A program made the position numbers and the translations under genes. The notes under the pieces were generated by a model, which worked only from the letters and a program-made list of their open reading frames with translations, was not told where the DNA came from and did not search any database. This document shows, piece by piece, positions 1-10,533 of a stretch of 64,000 bases of DNA. Every line of letters begins with the position of its first letter. Positions within the stretch are counted from its first letter, which is position 1. The stretch spans positions 32,001 through 96,000 of the forward strand of contig CAWAWS010000009.1 in assembly GCA_963785725.1 (NCBI GenBank). Direction: 5' to 3'. Source of the stretch: an uncultured delta proteobacterium. Its GTDB lineage: Bacteria > Myxococcota_A > Polyangia > Palsa-1104.

Positions 1-1587
1 GACGCGTGGAACGGCAAGACGCTGCCGGTGACGCTGCGCCGCGACGGCGTGCCCGTCAAAGTCGCCGAGGTCACCGTCGAGCCCAACCGCACCGACTATC
101 GCGTGTCCTTCAGCTTCACGCCCGAGCGCGTCGGCAAATATTTGTACGAGATCTCGACGCCGGTCCTCGACGGTGAAGCGATCGTCGAGAACAACGCGCG
201 CACCTTCTTGCTCAAGGTGATTCGCGACAAGATCCGCGTGCTTCAGGTGACCGGCCGGCCGTCGTGGGACGTGCGCGCGCTGCGCGGCCTTCTGAAGCAC
301 GATCCCAACGTCGACCTGGTGGCCTTCTATATTTTGCGCTCGCCGACCGACTTGGTGCTGGAGTCGACCGAAGAGCTGTCGCTGATCGCCTTTCCGACCG
401 AGGAGCTGTTTCAAGAGCAGCTGCGCAGCTTCGACCTCGTCATCCTGCAGAACTTCAACTTCGGGCCTTACGGAATCGGCGCCTATTTGGGCGAGATCAA
501 GCGCTACGTCGAAGAGGGCGGCGGCCTGGTCATGACCGGCGGCGACCTCTCGTTCACGTCCGGCGGCTACGCGCGCACGCCCGTGGCCGACGTCCTGCCC
601 GTCGAGCTCTACGAAGGCGGCGCGCCCGAGAAGCTGCTCGACGTGGCGCCGTTTCGGCTGCAGCTGACACCCGAAGGCCGCGCGCATCCGCTGACGGCGC
701 TCAAGCTCGACGTCGCGCAGAATCGCGCGCGCTGGGCCGAATTGCCCGAGCTCGACGGCACCAACCTCGTCATGCGCGCCAAGCCGGGCGCGACGGTGCT
801 CGGCGTGCATCCGACGCGCCGCGACGCCGACGGCAAGCCGCTGCCGGTGTTGACCGTCGGCGAAGCCGGCAAAGGGCGCGTCATGGCGTTCACGTCCGAC
901 GACTCCTGGCGCTGGGGCTTCGCCGATCGCGCCGGCGACGACCGCGGCCGCGCCTATCAGCGCTTCTGGGACTCGGCGATTCGCTGGCTGATTCGCGATC
1001 CGGCGCTGTCGTTCCTGCGCGTCGAGACCGATCAGCCGGAGTATGCGCGCGGGCAAAAAGTGCAGGTCACGGTGCGCGCGCTCGGCACCGACTATCAGCC
1101 GCTCGCCAACGCCAAGCTCGACGTCACGATCGCGCGCATTCCGACGGTGCTCGACATCGCCACCGCGGCCAAGCCCGAGCCGGTCGCCTCACGCAGCGGC
1201 GTCACCGACGACGGCGGCGAGTGGACGTTCGAGCTCGGCGAGGGCGACAAAGCGCTGGCCTCGGGCGGCTATCGCATCACGGCGCGCGCGACGCTGGCCG
1301 GCCGGCAAGTCGAAGAGGACGAAGTGTTCCTCGTGCGCGGCGCCGGTCGCGAGTTGGAGGAGCCCGAAGCGCGCGACGACCTCTTGCGCGCCCTCGCCAC
1401 CGCCACCGACGGCAGCTTCCGCGGCCCCGGCCAGCCGCTCGGCGACGTCAAGCTGTGGCCGCCGCGCGTCGTGCGCGTCAATCAGCACCGCGACGTCGAA
1501 GTCTGGAGCCGCTGGTGGATGCTGCTCATCGCCGCCGGCTGCCTCAGCCTCAACTGGGCGCTGCGCCGTCGCTGGGGTTACGCTTAG
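1..1587 (+). CDS. 5'-truncated membrane protein with class I glutamine-amidotransferase-like (DUF1355-like) domain, Ig-like segments and C-terminal TM helix
   Basis: Frame is open from base 1. Motifs FDLVILQN, YVEEGGGLVMTGG, GKGRVMAF..DSWRW and a C-terminal WWMLL...WALRRRWG are typical of GATase-like proteins of MoxR/vWA clusters. Confidence 0.7.
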   Translation, partial: DAWNGKTLPVTLRRDGVPVKVAEVTVEPNRTDYRVSFSFTPERVGKYLYEISTPVLDGEAIVENNARTFLLKVIRDKIRVLQVTGRPSWDVRALRGLLKHDPNVDLVAFYILRSPTDLVLESTEELSLIAFPTEELFQEQLRSFDLVILQNFNFGPYGIGAYLGEIKRYVEEGGGLVMTGGDLSFTSGGYARTPVADVLPVELYEGGAPEKLLDVAPFRLQLTPEGRAHPLTALKLDVAQNRARWAELPELDGTNLVMRAKPGATVLGVHPTRRDADGKPLPVLTVGEAGKGRVMAFTSDDSWRWGFADRAGDDRGRAYQRFWDSAIRWLIRDPALSFLRVETDQPEYARGQKVQVTVRALGTDYQPLANAKLDVTIARIPTVLDIATAAKPEPVASRSGVTDDGGEWTFELGEGDKALASGGYRITARATLAGRQVEEDEVFLVRGAGRELEEPEARDDLLRALATATDGSFRGPGQPLGDVKLWPPRVVRVNQHRDVEVWSRWWMLLIAAGCLSLNWALRRRWGYA

Positions 1588-1623
1588 TCCCACTTCGCTT
1601 ACGCAATCGGAAGGAGCAGCTGC

Positions 1624-2145
1624 ATGCGCCAGGTATCGATTATCATCGGGCTCGCCGCGCTGCTCGTGAGCGGCTGCGGCGGCAACGGCACGACGAGCGG
1701 CACGACCGCGACCGTCGACATGAGCGCCGGCGCCGACCTGAACGGCAGCGCCGCCGTCTGCCACTTCCCGAACGGCGACGTCTGCGATCCCGTCATCGGC
1801 TGCTCGAACGGCTGCGCCTGGTGCGGCTGCACCATCGACGGCACCTCGACCCACGGCATCGCCGCCTGCAACGAGGACGAATGCGACGCCGGCGACGGCG
1901 GCGCCGTCTTCGCCGCGCCGTGCACGACCAGCGCCGACTGCGCCGGCGGCCTCGTCTGCGTCTGGGGCATCGGCTGCACGCAGACGGCCGGCCAGTGCAC
2001 GCCCGCGTCGGCCTGCAACAGCTTCGGCACCGGCATGCCGCCGACCGGCGCGACGACCCTTTGCGACTGCAGCAACCACACCGTCACCGTCACCACCACC
2101 TGCGGCATCCCGCAGCCCTACGCGCACACCGGCGGCTGCGGGTAG
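1624..2145 (+). CDS. Cysteine-rich lipoprotein (173 aa, 19 Cys)
   Basis: Signal peptide with lipobox LVSG-C; GGAG upstream; GC-rich third positions. Confidence 0.75.
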   Translation: MRQVSIIIGLAALLVSGCGGNGTTSGTTATVDMSAGADLNGSAAVCHFPNGDVCDPVIGCSNGCAWCGCTIDGTSTHGIAACNEDECDAGDGGAVFAAPCTTSADCAGGLVCVWGIGCTQTAGQCTPASACNSFGTGMPPTGATTLCDCSNHTVTVTTTCGIPQPYAHTGGCG

Positions 2146-2176
2146 CTTTCAGCGCGCGCCGACGTACAATGGTGCC

Positions 2177-2962
2177 ATGTCGCACCTCGAGTCCCTGGCG
2201 CGCGCGCCGTTCGATCTCGGCATCTTCGCCCGCGTCGCGCGGCAGAAGCTGCGCCGAACCCTCGGCTTCCTCGCGCTCCTCATCGCCATCGCCACGGCGG
2301 CTTCGACGATCTCGCTGACGAAAGATCTGCGCGATGTCATCCGCAAGATCGAGCCTGAGATCGACAAGCTGCCGCAGATCGAGATTCGCAACGGCCAGGC
2401 GTCGGTCAGCGTCGAGCAGCCGTGGATCTACCGCTTCGGCAACGACGATCACGGCCGCCAGATCGTGCTCATCATCGACACGACCGGCCGCCGCAGCGAC
2501 TTTGCCCCCGACGAAATCGGCGTGTTCTTGAAGCGCACGAACGTCGTCCTGAAGACGCCCGAAGAGCAGCGCGACATGAGCCTCAAAGACGTGCCCGACA
2601 TGCTGATCGGGCCGCAGCTGGTGCACGAATTCATCGCCAAGTGGATGCGGCGCGTGCCGTTCTACATCGCCGCGCTGGCGTTCGTGTGGTTCGTCTTCGC
2701 GAAGACGACGCAGGCGCTCCTGCTCGTGTTGGCCGCGCTCGCCGGCTCGTCGCGCCAGCCGCTGTCGTTCCGCGGGCTCTTCGCCATCGGCGTCTACGCG
2801 CTGGCGCCGGTCATCGTCTTGGGCTCGGTGCGACCGTTCTTGCCGTTTACGATCCCCTACTTCGCGTTCATCTATTGCGGCTTGGCCATCGTCTACGCCG
2901 TGCTCGGCGGACAGCGCGCCGCGACCTCGCCTCCTCCCGCCGATAACGTCACCGACCTGTGA
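2177..2962 (+). CDS. DUF1189-like membrane protein
   Basis: N-terminal TM, soluble domain (KLPQIEIRNGQASV...IIDTTG), several C-terminal TM helices with YALAP motif. Confidence 0.6.
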   Translation: MSHLESLARAPFDLGIFARVARQKLRRTLGFLALLIAIATAASTISLTKDLRDVIRKIEPEIDKLPQIEIRNGQASVSVEQPWIYRFGNDDHGRQIVLIIDTTGRRSDFAPDEIGVFLKRTNVVLKTPEEQRDMSLKDVPDMLIGPQLVHEFIAKWMRRVPFYIAALAFVWFVFAKTTQALLLVLAALAGSSRQPLSFRGLFAIGVYALAPVIVLGSVRPFLPFTIPYFAFIYCGLAIVYAVLGGQRAATSPPPADNVTDL

Positions 2963-4704
2963 ACCCCATCATATTGACTGCGCTGGCGCTACTCGCTCCC
3001 GAGTCGGCGCTGCCGGCGTCACCGTCGCCGTTGACGACGCTCGCCGAGCAATCGGGCTGGCAGCGCACCGGCCGCTACGACGAGGTCGACAAGCTGTGCC
3101 ACGCCTTCGCCGCGCGCTACGCCGGCGTCGCCTGCGAGCGCTTCGGCACGACGCCCGAGCACCGCCCGATGCTCGCGCTCAGCGTCGGCAAAAAGGGGCT
3201 GCCGACGCTGCTGTTTCAAGGCGGCATCCACGCCGGCGAGATCGACGGCAAAGACGCCGGCTTCCAGTTCATGCGCCAATATCTCGACGGCGAGATCCTC
3301 GACAAGGCGCTGATGGCCAAGGTGCGGCTGGTGTTCGTGCCGGTCTTCAACGTCGACGGTCACGAGCGCTTCGGCGCGCACAATCGGCCCAACCAAATCG
3401 GGCCGGTCGAGAGCGGCTGGCGGACGACGGCGCAAAACCTCAACCTCAACCGCGATTACGTCAAAGCGCAGGCGCCCGAGATGGCGGCGATGCTGACGCT
3501 GCTGCGGCAGGAAGATCCGATCGTCTACGTCGATCTGCACGTCACCGACGGCGCGAATTTCCAGCATGACGTGGCCGTGCTGGTGCTGCCCGATCAGCCG
3601 GACGCGCCCAAAGGGCTGGCCGCGGCGGCGACGGCGCTGCGCGCGCGCGTTCAGCAGGCGCTGACGGAGGCCAAGCACCTGCCGCTGACCGACTTCTACC
3701 CGAGCTTCATGCGCGAGGACGACCCGACGGGCGGCTTCGCGATGGGCTTTACGCCGCCGCGCTTCTCGGACGCGTATTGGGCGACGCGCAATCGGCTCGG
3801 CATCCTCGTCGAGACGCACTCGTGGAAGGACTACGCCACGCGCGTCAAGGCCACGCGCGACACGCTCGTCGCGGTGACGCGCGAGCTGGCCGCGCACGGC
3901 GTCGAGTGGCAGAAGGCGGCGCGCGCCGCCGACGTCGAGCCGCTGGCGGGGCAGAAGCTGACGCTCGACTGGACCACCGACGAGCACAAGTCGCGGCCGA
4001 TCGACTTCTTGGGCTACGCCTATCGGCGCTCGCTGTCGCCGACCTCGGGCAAACAGCAGATCCATTACGACGATAAGACGCCTCAAGTTTGGCACATCCC
4101 CTACTTCGATACGCTCGTGCCCAAGGTGACGGTGGAGCTGCCGCGGCAGGGCTGGGTGGTGGCGCCGGCGTGGGCCGAGCTCGTGCGGCCGCTCTTGGTG
4201 GCGCATGGCATCACCTTCTTGCGGCTGACCGCGCGTCCGCTCGACGTCGACGTCTTCCACGCCGACGATGTGCAGCGGCCGCCGCTGACGTTCGAAGGCC
4301 GCGCCATGCTCAACGCGCACGGCGCCTGGCGCGCCGAGCACAAGTCGCTCGTCGACGGCGGGCTCTTCATCCCGGTCGCGCAGCCGCTCGCGCGCTTGGC
4401 GGCGAACCTCCTCGAGCCCGAAGGTCCCGATTCGTTGACGAGCTGGGGCTTCTTCGACGGCGTGTTCGAGCGCAAAGAGTACATGGAAGACTACGTGCTC
4501 GAAGACGTCGCCACCGAGATGCTGCGCGATCCGGCCGTCAAAGCGGCGTTCGACAAAGCGCTGACGAATCCCGAATTCGCCAAGAGCCCGCGCAAGCGGC
4601 TCGACTTCTTCTATGCGCGCCACGCCTCGTTCGACACGCAGATCGGCCTGATTCCCGTCTATCGCTTGCAGCAGCCGCTGGTCACCAAGCCGCCGCACAA
4701 ATGA
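2959..4704 (+). CDS. Secreted M14-family zinc carboxypeptidase
   Basis: GGIHAGEIDG (HxxE), NVDGHER, NLNLNRD and DLHVTDG motifs; signal peptide; GTGA overlap with the upstream gene. Confidence 0.88.
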   Translation: MNPIILTALALLAPESALPASPSPLTTLAEQSGWQRTGRYDEVDKLCHAFAARYAGVACERFGTTPEHRPMLALSVGKKGLPTLLFQGGIHAGEIDGKDAGFQFMRQYLDGEILDKALMAKVRLVFVPVFNVDGHERFGAHNRPNQIGPVESGWRTTAQNLNLNRDYVKAQAPEMAAMLTLLRQEDPIVYVDLHVTDGANFQHDVAVLVLPDQPDAPKGLAAAATALRARVQQALTEAKHLPLTDFYPSFMREDDPTGGFAMGFTPPRFSDAYWATRNRLGILVETHSWKDYATRVKATRDTLVAVTRELAAHGVEWQKAARAADVEPLAGQKLTLDWTTDEHKSRPIDFLGYAYRRSLSPTSGKQQIHYDDKTPQVWHIPYFDTLVPKVTVELPRQGWVVAPAWAELVRPLLVAHGITFLRLTARPLDVDVFHADDVQRPPLTFEGRAMLNAHGAWRAEHKSLVDGGLFIPVAQPLARLAANLLEPEGPDSLTSWGFFDGVFERKEYMEDYVLEDVATEMLRDPAVKAAFDKALTNPEFAKSPRKRLDFFYARHASFDTQIGLIPVYRLQQPLVTKPPHK

Positions 4705-4763
4705 GCCGCGCCGCTGCGCCCGCGCGGGCCGGTCGGGTTACAGTCGCAGCGGACGAGCCTGGT

Positions 4764-4824
4764 TGATTCTAGAATCACCTTGGCGGCCGGTCGCCTTGAC
4801 TTTACAGATGGCTACGCATAAGTA
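4764..4824 (+). promoter_or_regulatory. Putative sdhCAB promoter with upstream 14-bp perfect palindrome
   Basis: TGATTCTAGAATCA at 4764-4777; TTGACT at 4796-4801 and TAAGTA 17 nt later; AAGGAG RBS before sdhC. Confidence 0.4.
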
Positions 4825-4860
4825 TCGCGGCCAACCTCGAGCCAAGAACGAAGGAGTGAG

Positions 4861-5547
4861 ATGGCCTCCGCGCGCACGCGTTATTTCGCCAAGAAGCTGT
4901 TCGAGATCTCCGGCTTTTTGCCGGTCGGAGCCTTCCTCCTCGAGCATTTCTATACGAATTTCCAAGCCGTGGGTCCGGGCGGCGAGGCGCGCTTCAACGA
5001 AGCCGTCGTCGGCCTGCAGACGAACCCGCTCATCATCTTCTTGGAGATCGGCGCCATCGGCCTGCCGCTGCTCTACCACGCGATCTACGGCATCTTCGTA
5101 GCCTCGCAGGCGCGGCCCAACATCGGCAGCTACGGCTACCTGCGCAACTGGCTCTACTTCTTCCAGCGCGCCACCGGCGTCATCCTCTTGTTCTACATCT
5201 GCTATCACGTGTGGAACACGCGCTTCGTGCCCATCGTGAGCCCCGATTTGTCGTCGCTGCAGCACACCGGCGACGGTCAGCCGCTGGTCTCCGCGCGCTA
5301 CATGCACGACTACTTCAACGAGACGCACCTCGGCATTCCGGTGCTGTGGATCTACTTCGTCGGCATCGCCTGCGCCGTCTATCACTTCGCCAACGGCATC
5401 TGGAACATCGGCTACCACTGGGGTTTGACGGTCAGCCCGAAGGCGCAGCGTTGGTGGGGTATGGCGTGCGGTCTTCTCGGCGTGACGCTCTTGGCGATGG
5501 GCCTGGCGACGCTGCTCACCTTCGTCAACATGACGCCCAAGGCATAA
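4861..5547 (+). CDS. sdhC: Succinate dehydrogenase cytochrome b558 subunit (Bacillus type)
   Basis: Five TM segments; His motifs FLLEHF, PLLYHAIYG, ICYHVW, VYHFANG; first gene of the sdh operon. Confidence 0.92.
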   Translation: MASARTRYFAKKLFEISGFLPVGAFLLEHFYTNFQAVGPGGEARFNEAVVGLQTNPLIIFLEIGAIGLPLLYHAIYGIFVASQARPNIGSYGYLRNWLYFFQRATGVILLFYICYHVWNTRFVPIVSPDLSSLQHTGDGQPLVSARYMHDYFNETHLGIPVLWIYFVGIACAVYHFANGIWNIGYHWGLTVSPKAQRWWGMACGLLGVTLLAMGLATLLTFVNMTPKA

Positions 5548-5551
5548 GGAC

Positions 5552-7438
5552 ATGGCCATGGCCGAATCATCGGAAAAGCCGCGCTTCATCGTCGTCGGTG
5601 GCGGCCTCGCCGGCCTGATGACGATCATCAAGATCGCCGAAGCCGGATACGAGTGCGACGTCTTCTCGTTCGTTCCCTGTCGCCGTTCGCACTCGGTGTG
5701 CGCGCAGGGCGGCATCAACGGCGCCGTCAATACCAAGGGCGAAGGCGATTCGCCCGAGATCCACTTCATCGACAGCGTCAAGGGCGGTGACTTCCTCGCC
5801 AATCAGCCGCCGGTCAAGGCGATGTGCTACGCGGCGCCGGGCGTCATCTACTTGCTCGACCGCATGGGCGTGCCGTTTACGCGCACGGCCGAGGGGTTGA
5901 TCGACTTCCGTCGCTTCGGCGGCACGCTCATGCATCGCACGGCGTTCGCCGGCGCCACGACGGGCCAGCAGCTCTTGTACGCGCTCGACGAGCAAGTGCG
6001 CCGCCACGAAGTCGCCGGCAAGGTGCGCCGCTTCGAGCGCCACGAGTTCGTCTCGGTCGTCAAAGACGACAGCGGTCGCGCGCGCGGCATCGTGGCCATG
6101 GACCTGTCGTCGATGAAGCTCGAGACCTTCCCCGGCGCCGCGGTGGCGTTGGCGACGGGCGGACCGGGCGTCATCTTCGGCAAGAGCACCAACTCGGTCG
6201 TCAACACCGGCACGGCGGCGGCGCTCGTCTATCAGCAGGGCGCGATCTACGCCAACGGCGAGTTCATCCAGGTGCATCCGACGGCGATCGCCGGGCCGGA
6301 CAAGCTGCGCCTGATCTCCGAGTCGCTGCGCGGCGAAGGCGCGCGCGTGTGGGTGCCCAAGAAGCCGGGCGACACGCGGCGGCCGGAGTCGATCCCCGAG
6401 CGACGAGCGCAAGTACTTCCTCGAAGAGAAGTATCCCAAGTACAAGAACCTGGTGCCGCGCGACATCGCGTCGCGCGAGATCGTCAAGGCCGTGCGCCAC
6501 GAAGGGCTCGGCGTCGGCGGCAAAGACGCAGGTCTACCTCGACATCGTCAACCCCGACTACGAAGTCTCGCAGGGTCGCGGGCCCGACGAGATCGCCCAT
6601 CGCGTCGAAGGCGTCGTCGAGATCTACGAGAAGTTCGCCGGCGAGGATCCGCGCAAGACGCCGATGCTGGTCTTCCCCGCCGTCCACTACTCGATGGGCG
6701 GCTTGTGGGTCGACTACGATCAGATGACCAACATCCCGGGCCTGTTTGCCGTCGGTGAGGTCGACTACCAGTATCACGGCGCCAATCGCCTCGGCGCCAA
6801 CTCGCTCATCAGCTGCTTCTACGGCGGGCTCGTCACCGGGCCGAAGATGGTCGCCTACCTCGAGTCGGACTCGTACAAGGCGGGCGCGAAGCCGTCGTCG
6901 ACGGTGTTCGAGCGCGAGCAGCAGCGCGTCGCGGCCGAGTACGACGAAGCTCGGCAAGATGGACGGCGCCGAGAACCCGTACCAGATCTGGTGGGAGCTC
7001 GGGCAGATGATGACGACCTACGTCACCGTCGTGCGGCACAACAAAGAGCTCAAGCAGGTCGACGACAACATTCAGAAGATGATGGATCGTTGGCAGAAGT
7101 GCTCGGTGCTCGACACGGGCAAGCAGGCCAATCAGTCGATCATGTTCTTGCGGCAGCTGTGGAACATGCTGTGCTTGGCGCGCGTCATCACCGTCGGTGC
7201 GCTCATGCGTGACGAGTCGCGCGGCTCGCACTTCAAGCCCGAGTTCCCCGATCGCAACGACGAGAAGTACCTGAAGACGACCATGGCGAGCTACGACGCC
7301 AAGGACAACCACGGGCCGAAGATCAGCTACGCCGACGTCGACATCTCGCTGCTCAAGCCGGTGTTGCGCGACTACTCGGGCAAGAAGCAGCCGGCGGAAG
7401 CGCCGAAGGCCGCCCAGGCGACGGAGAAGACTGCGTGA
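5552..7438 (+). CDS. sdhA: Succinate dehydrogenase flavoprotein (apparent +1 frameshifts near 6401, 6523 and 6946, likely consensus errors)
   Basis: VVGGGLAG, RSHSVCAQGGIN (FAD His), QVHPT, HYSMGGLWVD, HGANRLGANSL and RDESRGSH are spread over three frames. Confidence 0.93.
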
Positions 7439-8183
7439 AAACAGTTACGCTCAAGATCAAGCGGCAGGATTCGCCGTCGGCGGCGCCGCGCTGGGAAGAG
7501 TTCACCGTGCCGTGGGAGGAGCGGCTCAACGTGCACGCGGCGTTGATGGCGATTCAGCGCCAGCCCAAGACGACGAGCGGGCAGAAGACGACGCCGGTCG
7601 CCTGGGACGCCAACTGCCTCGAGGAGGTCTGCGGCTCGTGCACCATGATCATCAACGGGCAGCGTGCATGCAGGCCTGCTCGACGCTGACCGATAGCCTC
7701 GGCGACGGCCCCATCGAGCTGCGGCCGATGACGAAGTTCCCGCTGATTCGCGACCTGTGCGTCGATCGCACGCGCATCTTCAGCGACTTCAAGCGCGTGC
7801 ACGCCTGGATCGACATCGACGGCACGCACGACCTCGGCCCCGGCCTGCGGCAGAAGCCGGAGCTGGCCGACACGCGCTACGAGCTGTCGCGCTGCATGGC
7901 GTGCGGCTGCTGCTTGGAGGCGTGTCCGAACTACGGGCCGCAGTCGCAGTTCATGGGCGCGGCGCCGATTTCGCAGGCGCGACTGTTCAACATGCATCCG
8001 TCGGGCGAGATGCACAAAGAGGAGCGGCTCGAGGCGCTCATGGAAGACGGCGGCGTCGAGGGCTGCGGCAACGCGCAGAACTGCGTGCAGGTGTGCCCGA
8101 AGGAAATTCCGCTGACGACGTCGATCGCCGACATGAACGGCCAGACGGCGAAGTTCGCGCTGTCGACGCTCTTCCGCCGCTGA
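7435..8183 (+). CDS. sdhB: Succinate dehydrogenase Fe-S subunit (frameshift near 7665)
   Basis: CLEEVCGSC...QACS, CMACGCCLEACP and CGNAQNCVQVCP cluster motifs over two frames. Confidence 0.93.
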
Positions 8184-8345
8184 TCTCCGCGCACTTCGTT
8201 TTTTCACCGCATCGTTAGCGCGTACGAATCGCCGGAGAGACCGTCGGGCCGGCGTGGGCCTGCGGCGATCGGTCGGGACGGGCGGTCGGCAAGGGGTTGC
8301 CGGATTGGCGACGGTGCGCGGGCGGCCGGTGGCCGCGCGCAGCGT

Positions 8346-8436
8346 CGCTCCGTCGGGCCGGCCATCGTGGAGTCGGGCACAACGGCGCAAGGTTTATTCC
8401 GGGCGCACGCGCTCCGCACCCACGCGCGCCCCCAAG
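8346..8436 (+). repeat. Dispersed intergenic repeat, copy 1
   Basis: About 80% identical by eye to 41883-41974, including an exact 28-mer GCGCACGCGCTCCGCACCCACGCGCGCC. Confidence 0.8.
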
Positions 8437-8515
8437 AAGCGGAAATCGGACGGCGGGCGAAGCGGCAGCTGCGCGGGGAAACGTCAGCGGGGTGGCTGAC
8501 GGCGCGAACGGGCGG

Positions 8516-10522
8516 TCAGCCGAGCGTGATCGCCAGCGCGCCGGATGGCAGCACGTCGGCGCGCGCGTCGGCTGTCAGCAGCGTCGTCGCCGAATACTCG
8601 GCGATCAGCGCCGGCCCGCGCACGCTCACGCCGGCGCGCAGGCGTCGGCGGGACAAGAGCGGCGCGTCGTGCGGCTTGCCGTCGAGCCACAGCGTGACGC
8701 GGCCGAGCTCGGCCGGGCCGTCTTCGGCGGACTCGCGCGGCAAGGGTGGCGCCTCGGTCAACCCACGCCCCCGCAGCCGCAGCGTCACCAGCTCGACCGC
8801 GCGCTCGGGCAGCGCGTAGCCATAGCGCGCCTGATGCATCGCGTGGAAGGCAGCCACGACATCGCTGACGCCGCGTTCGAGCGTCACCGGCAGCGCGAAC
8901 GACTGGCCGGCATAGCGCAGCGTCGCCGTGCGCGTGAAGCGGCGCGCGGCCGGCGCCACGCCATCGGCATCGAGGGCGCGCGTCGCGGCCGTCGTCAACG
9001 GCAGGAAGTCGGCCGCCAGCGACTCGGGCGCCAGTCGCGCGCCCGCCGGCAGCGGGCGGTGGTCGCGCGGCGTCGCGACGACGTCGTGCACGACGTCGGC
9101 CGCCAGCGCGCCAAACGCGCACAACAGGCCCGGCGACGGCGGCACCAAGATGCGCGTCATGCCCAGCTCGCGCGCGACGGCACACGCATGCAGCGCGCCG
9201 GCGCCGCCAAACGGCAACAGCGTGCACGTCGCCGGATCGTGCCCGCGCTCGACGGAGATGACCTTGATCGCGCGCGCCATGACCGCCGCGGCGACGGCCA
9301 GCGCGTCCTCGGCCGCCTGCTCCACCGGCACACCCAGCGCCGCCGCCAGCTCGCCGACGACCGCCGTGGCACGCTCGCGCGACAACGACATGGCGCCGCC
9401 GAGCAGATCCGGCAGCCGACCGAGCACGACGTTGGCGTCGGTGATCGTCGCGCGCGTGCCGCCGCGATCGTATGCCGCCGGCCCCGGCTGCGCGCCGGCC
9501 GACTCGGGCCCGACCTTGAGCGCGCCGCCGCTGTCACGCCACACGATCGACCCGCCGCCGGCGCCGACGGTGTGCACCGCCAACATCGGCAGCTGCAGCA
9601 CGCAGCCGGCGACTTCGGCCTCGTCGGTCGCGGCCACTTCGCCGGCGACGATGAGCGCGACATCGGTCGACGTGCCGCCCATGTCGAAGGTGATGACGTC
9701 GCCGATGCCCGCCGCGCGCGCCACCGCCTGCGCGCCGATGACGCCCGCCGCCGGCCCCGACAACAGCGTGCGCACCGGCCGCGCCGCGCACTCCTCGGCC
9801 GACATCGCGCCGCCCGACGACTGCATGACCCGCACGCGCGCGCCCGCCGGCGCCAGCTCCGCCAGCCGCGCCAGATAAGGCGCGACCACCGGCTTGACGT
9901 ACGCATCCACCACCGTCGTCGACGTCCGCTCGTACTCGCGCATGAGCGGCAACACGTCCGACGACAACGAGAGCGGAAGGCCCAGCGGCGCCAGGGTCTC
10001 GGCGACGATCCGCTCGTGCGCCGGGTTGGCGTACGCGTGCAGCAGGCAGACGGCGATCGCGCGCACGCCGCTCGTGGCGATGGCGTGCTGCACACGATCG
10101 CGCAGTCGCGTCAGCTCCGCCGCGTCCGGCGCGCGCAGCACGCTGCCGTCGGCCGCGATGCGCTCGGCCAAGCCCAGCCGCAACGGCGCGTCGATGAGCG
10201 GCACCGGCAGCTGCGGATGGAGCGCATACAGCTGCGGCCGCGTCTGCCGCGCCAGCTCGAGCACGTCCTCGAACCCGGCCGTCGTCACCAACAGCGCCGG
10301 CCCGCCACGCCGCTCGATGAGCGCGTTCGTCGCCACCGTCGTCGAGTGCACCAGCTCGTCCACCGTCGTCGCAGCTTGGCCGCTGACTTGCCGCGCGCCG
10401 TCGATGACCGGCCGCCACGCGTCGTCACCGGCCGCCGACGGCACTTTGACGACGCGCAGCACCTCACCGTCGACGGCGACGACGTCCGTGAACGTCCCGC
10501 CGCTGTCGATCCCGATCCGCAA
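8516..10522 (-). CDS. Hydantoinase A / 5-oxoprolinase alpha family protein
   Basis: RIGIDSGGTFTD, HSTTVATNALIE, LLSGPAAGV, DMGGTSTD, GAGGGSI, VGPESAGAQPGPAAY. A TTG start at 10522 avoids overlap with the upstream gene. Confidence 0.9.
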   Translation of the reverse strand: MRIGIDSGGTFTDVVAVDGEVLRVVKVPSAAGDDAWRPVIDGARQVSGQAATTVDELVHSTTVATNALIERRGGPALLVTTAGFEDVLELARQTRPQLYALHPQLPVPLIDAPLRLGLAERIAADGSVLRAPDAAELTRLRDRVQHAIATSGVRAIAVCLLHAYANPAHERIVAETLAPLGLPLSLSSDVLPLMREYERTSTTVVDAYVKPVVAPYLARLAELAPAGARVRVMQSSGGAMSAEECAARPVRTLLSGPAAGVIGAQAVARAAGIGDVITFDMGGTSTDVALIVAGEVAATDEAEVAGCVLQLPMLAVHTVGAGGGSIVWRDSGGALKVGPESAGAQPGPAAYDRGGTRATITDANVVLGRLPDLLGGAMSLSRERATAVVGELAAALGVPVEQAAEDALAVAAAVMARAIKVISVERGHDPATCTLLPFGGAGALHACAVARELGMTRILVPPSPGLLCAFGALAADVVHDVVATPRDHRPLPAGARLAPESLAADFLPLTTAATRALDADGVAPAARRFTRTATLRYAGQSFALPVTLERGVSDVVAAFHAMHQARYGYALPERAVELVTLRLRGRGLTEAPPLPRESAEDGPAELGRVTLWLDGKPHDAPLLSRRRLRAGVSVRGPALIAEYSATTLLTADARADVLPSGALAITLG

Positions 10523-10533
10523 TGGAACGCTGC

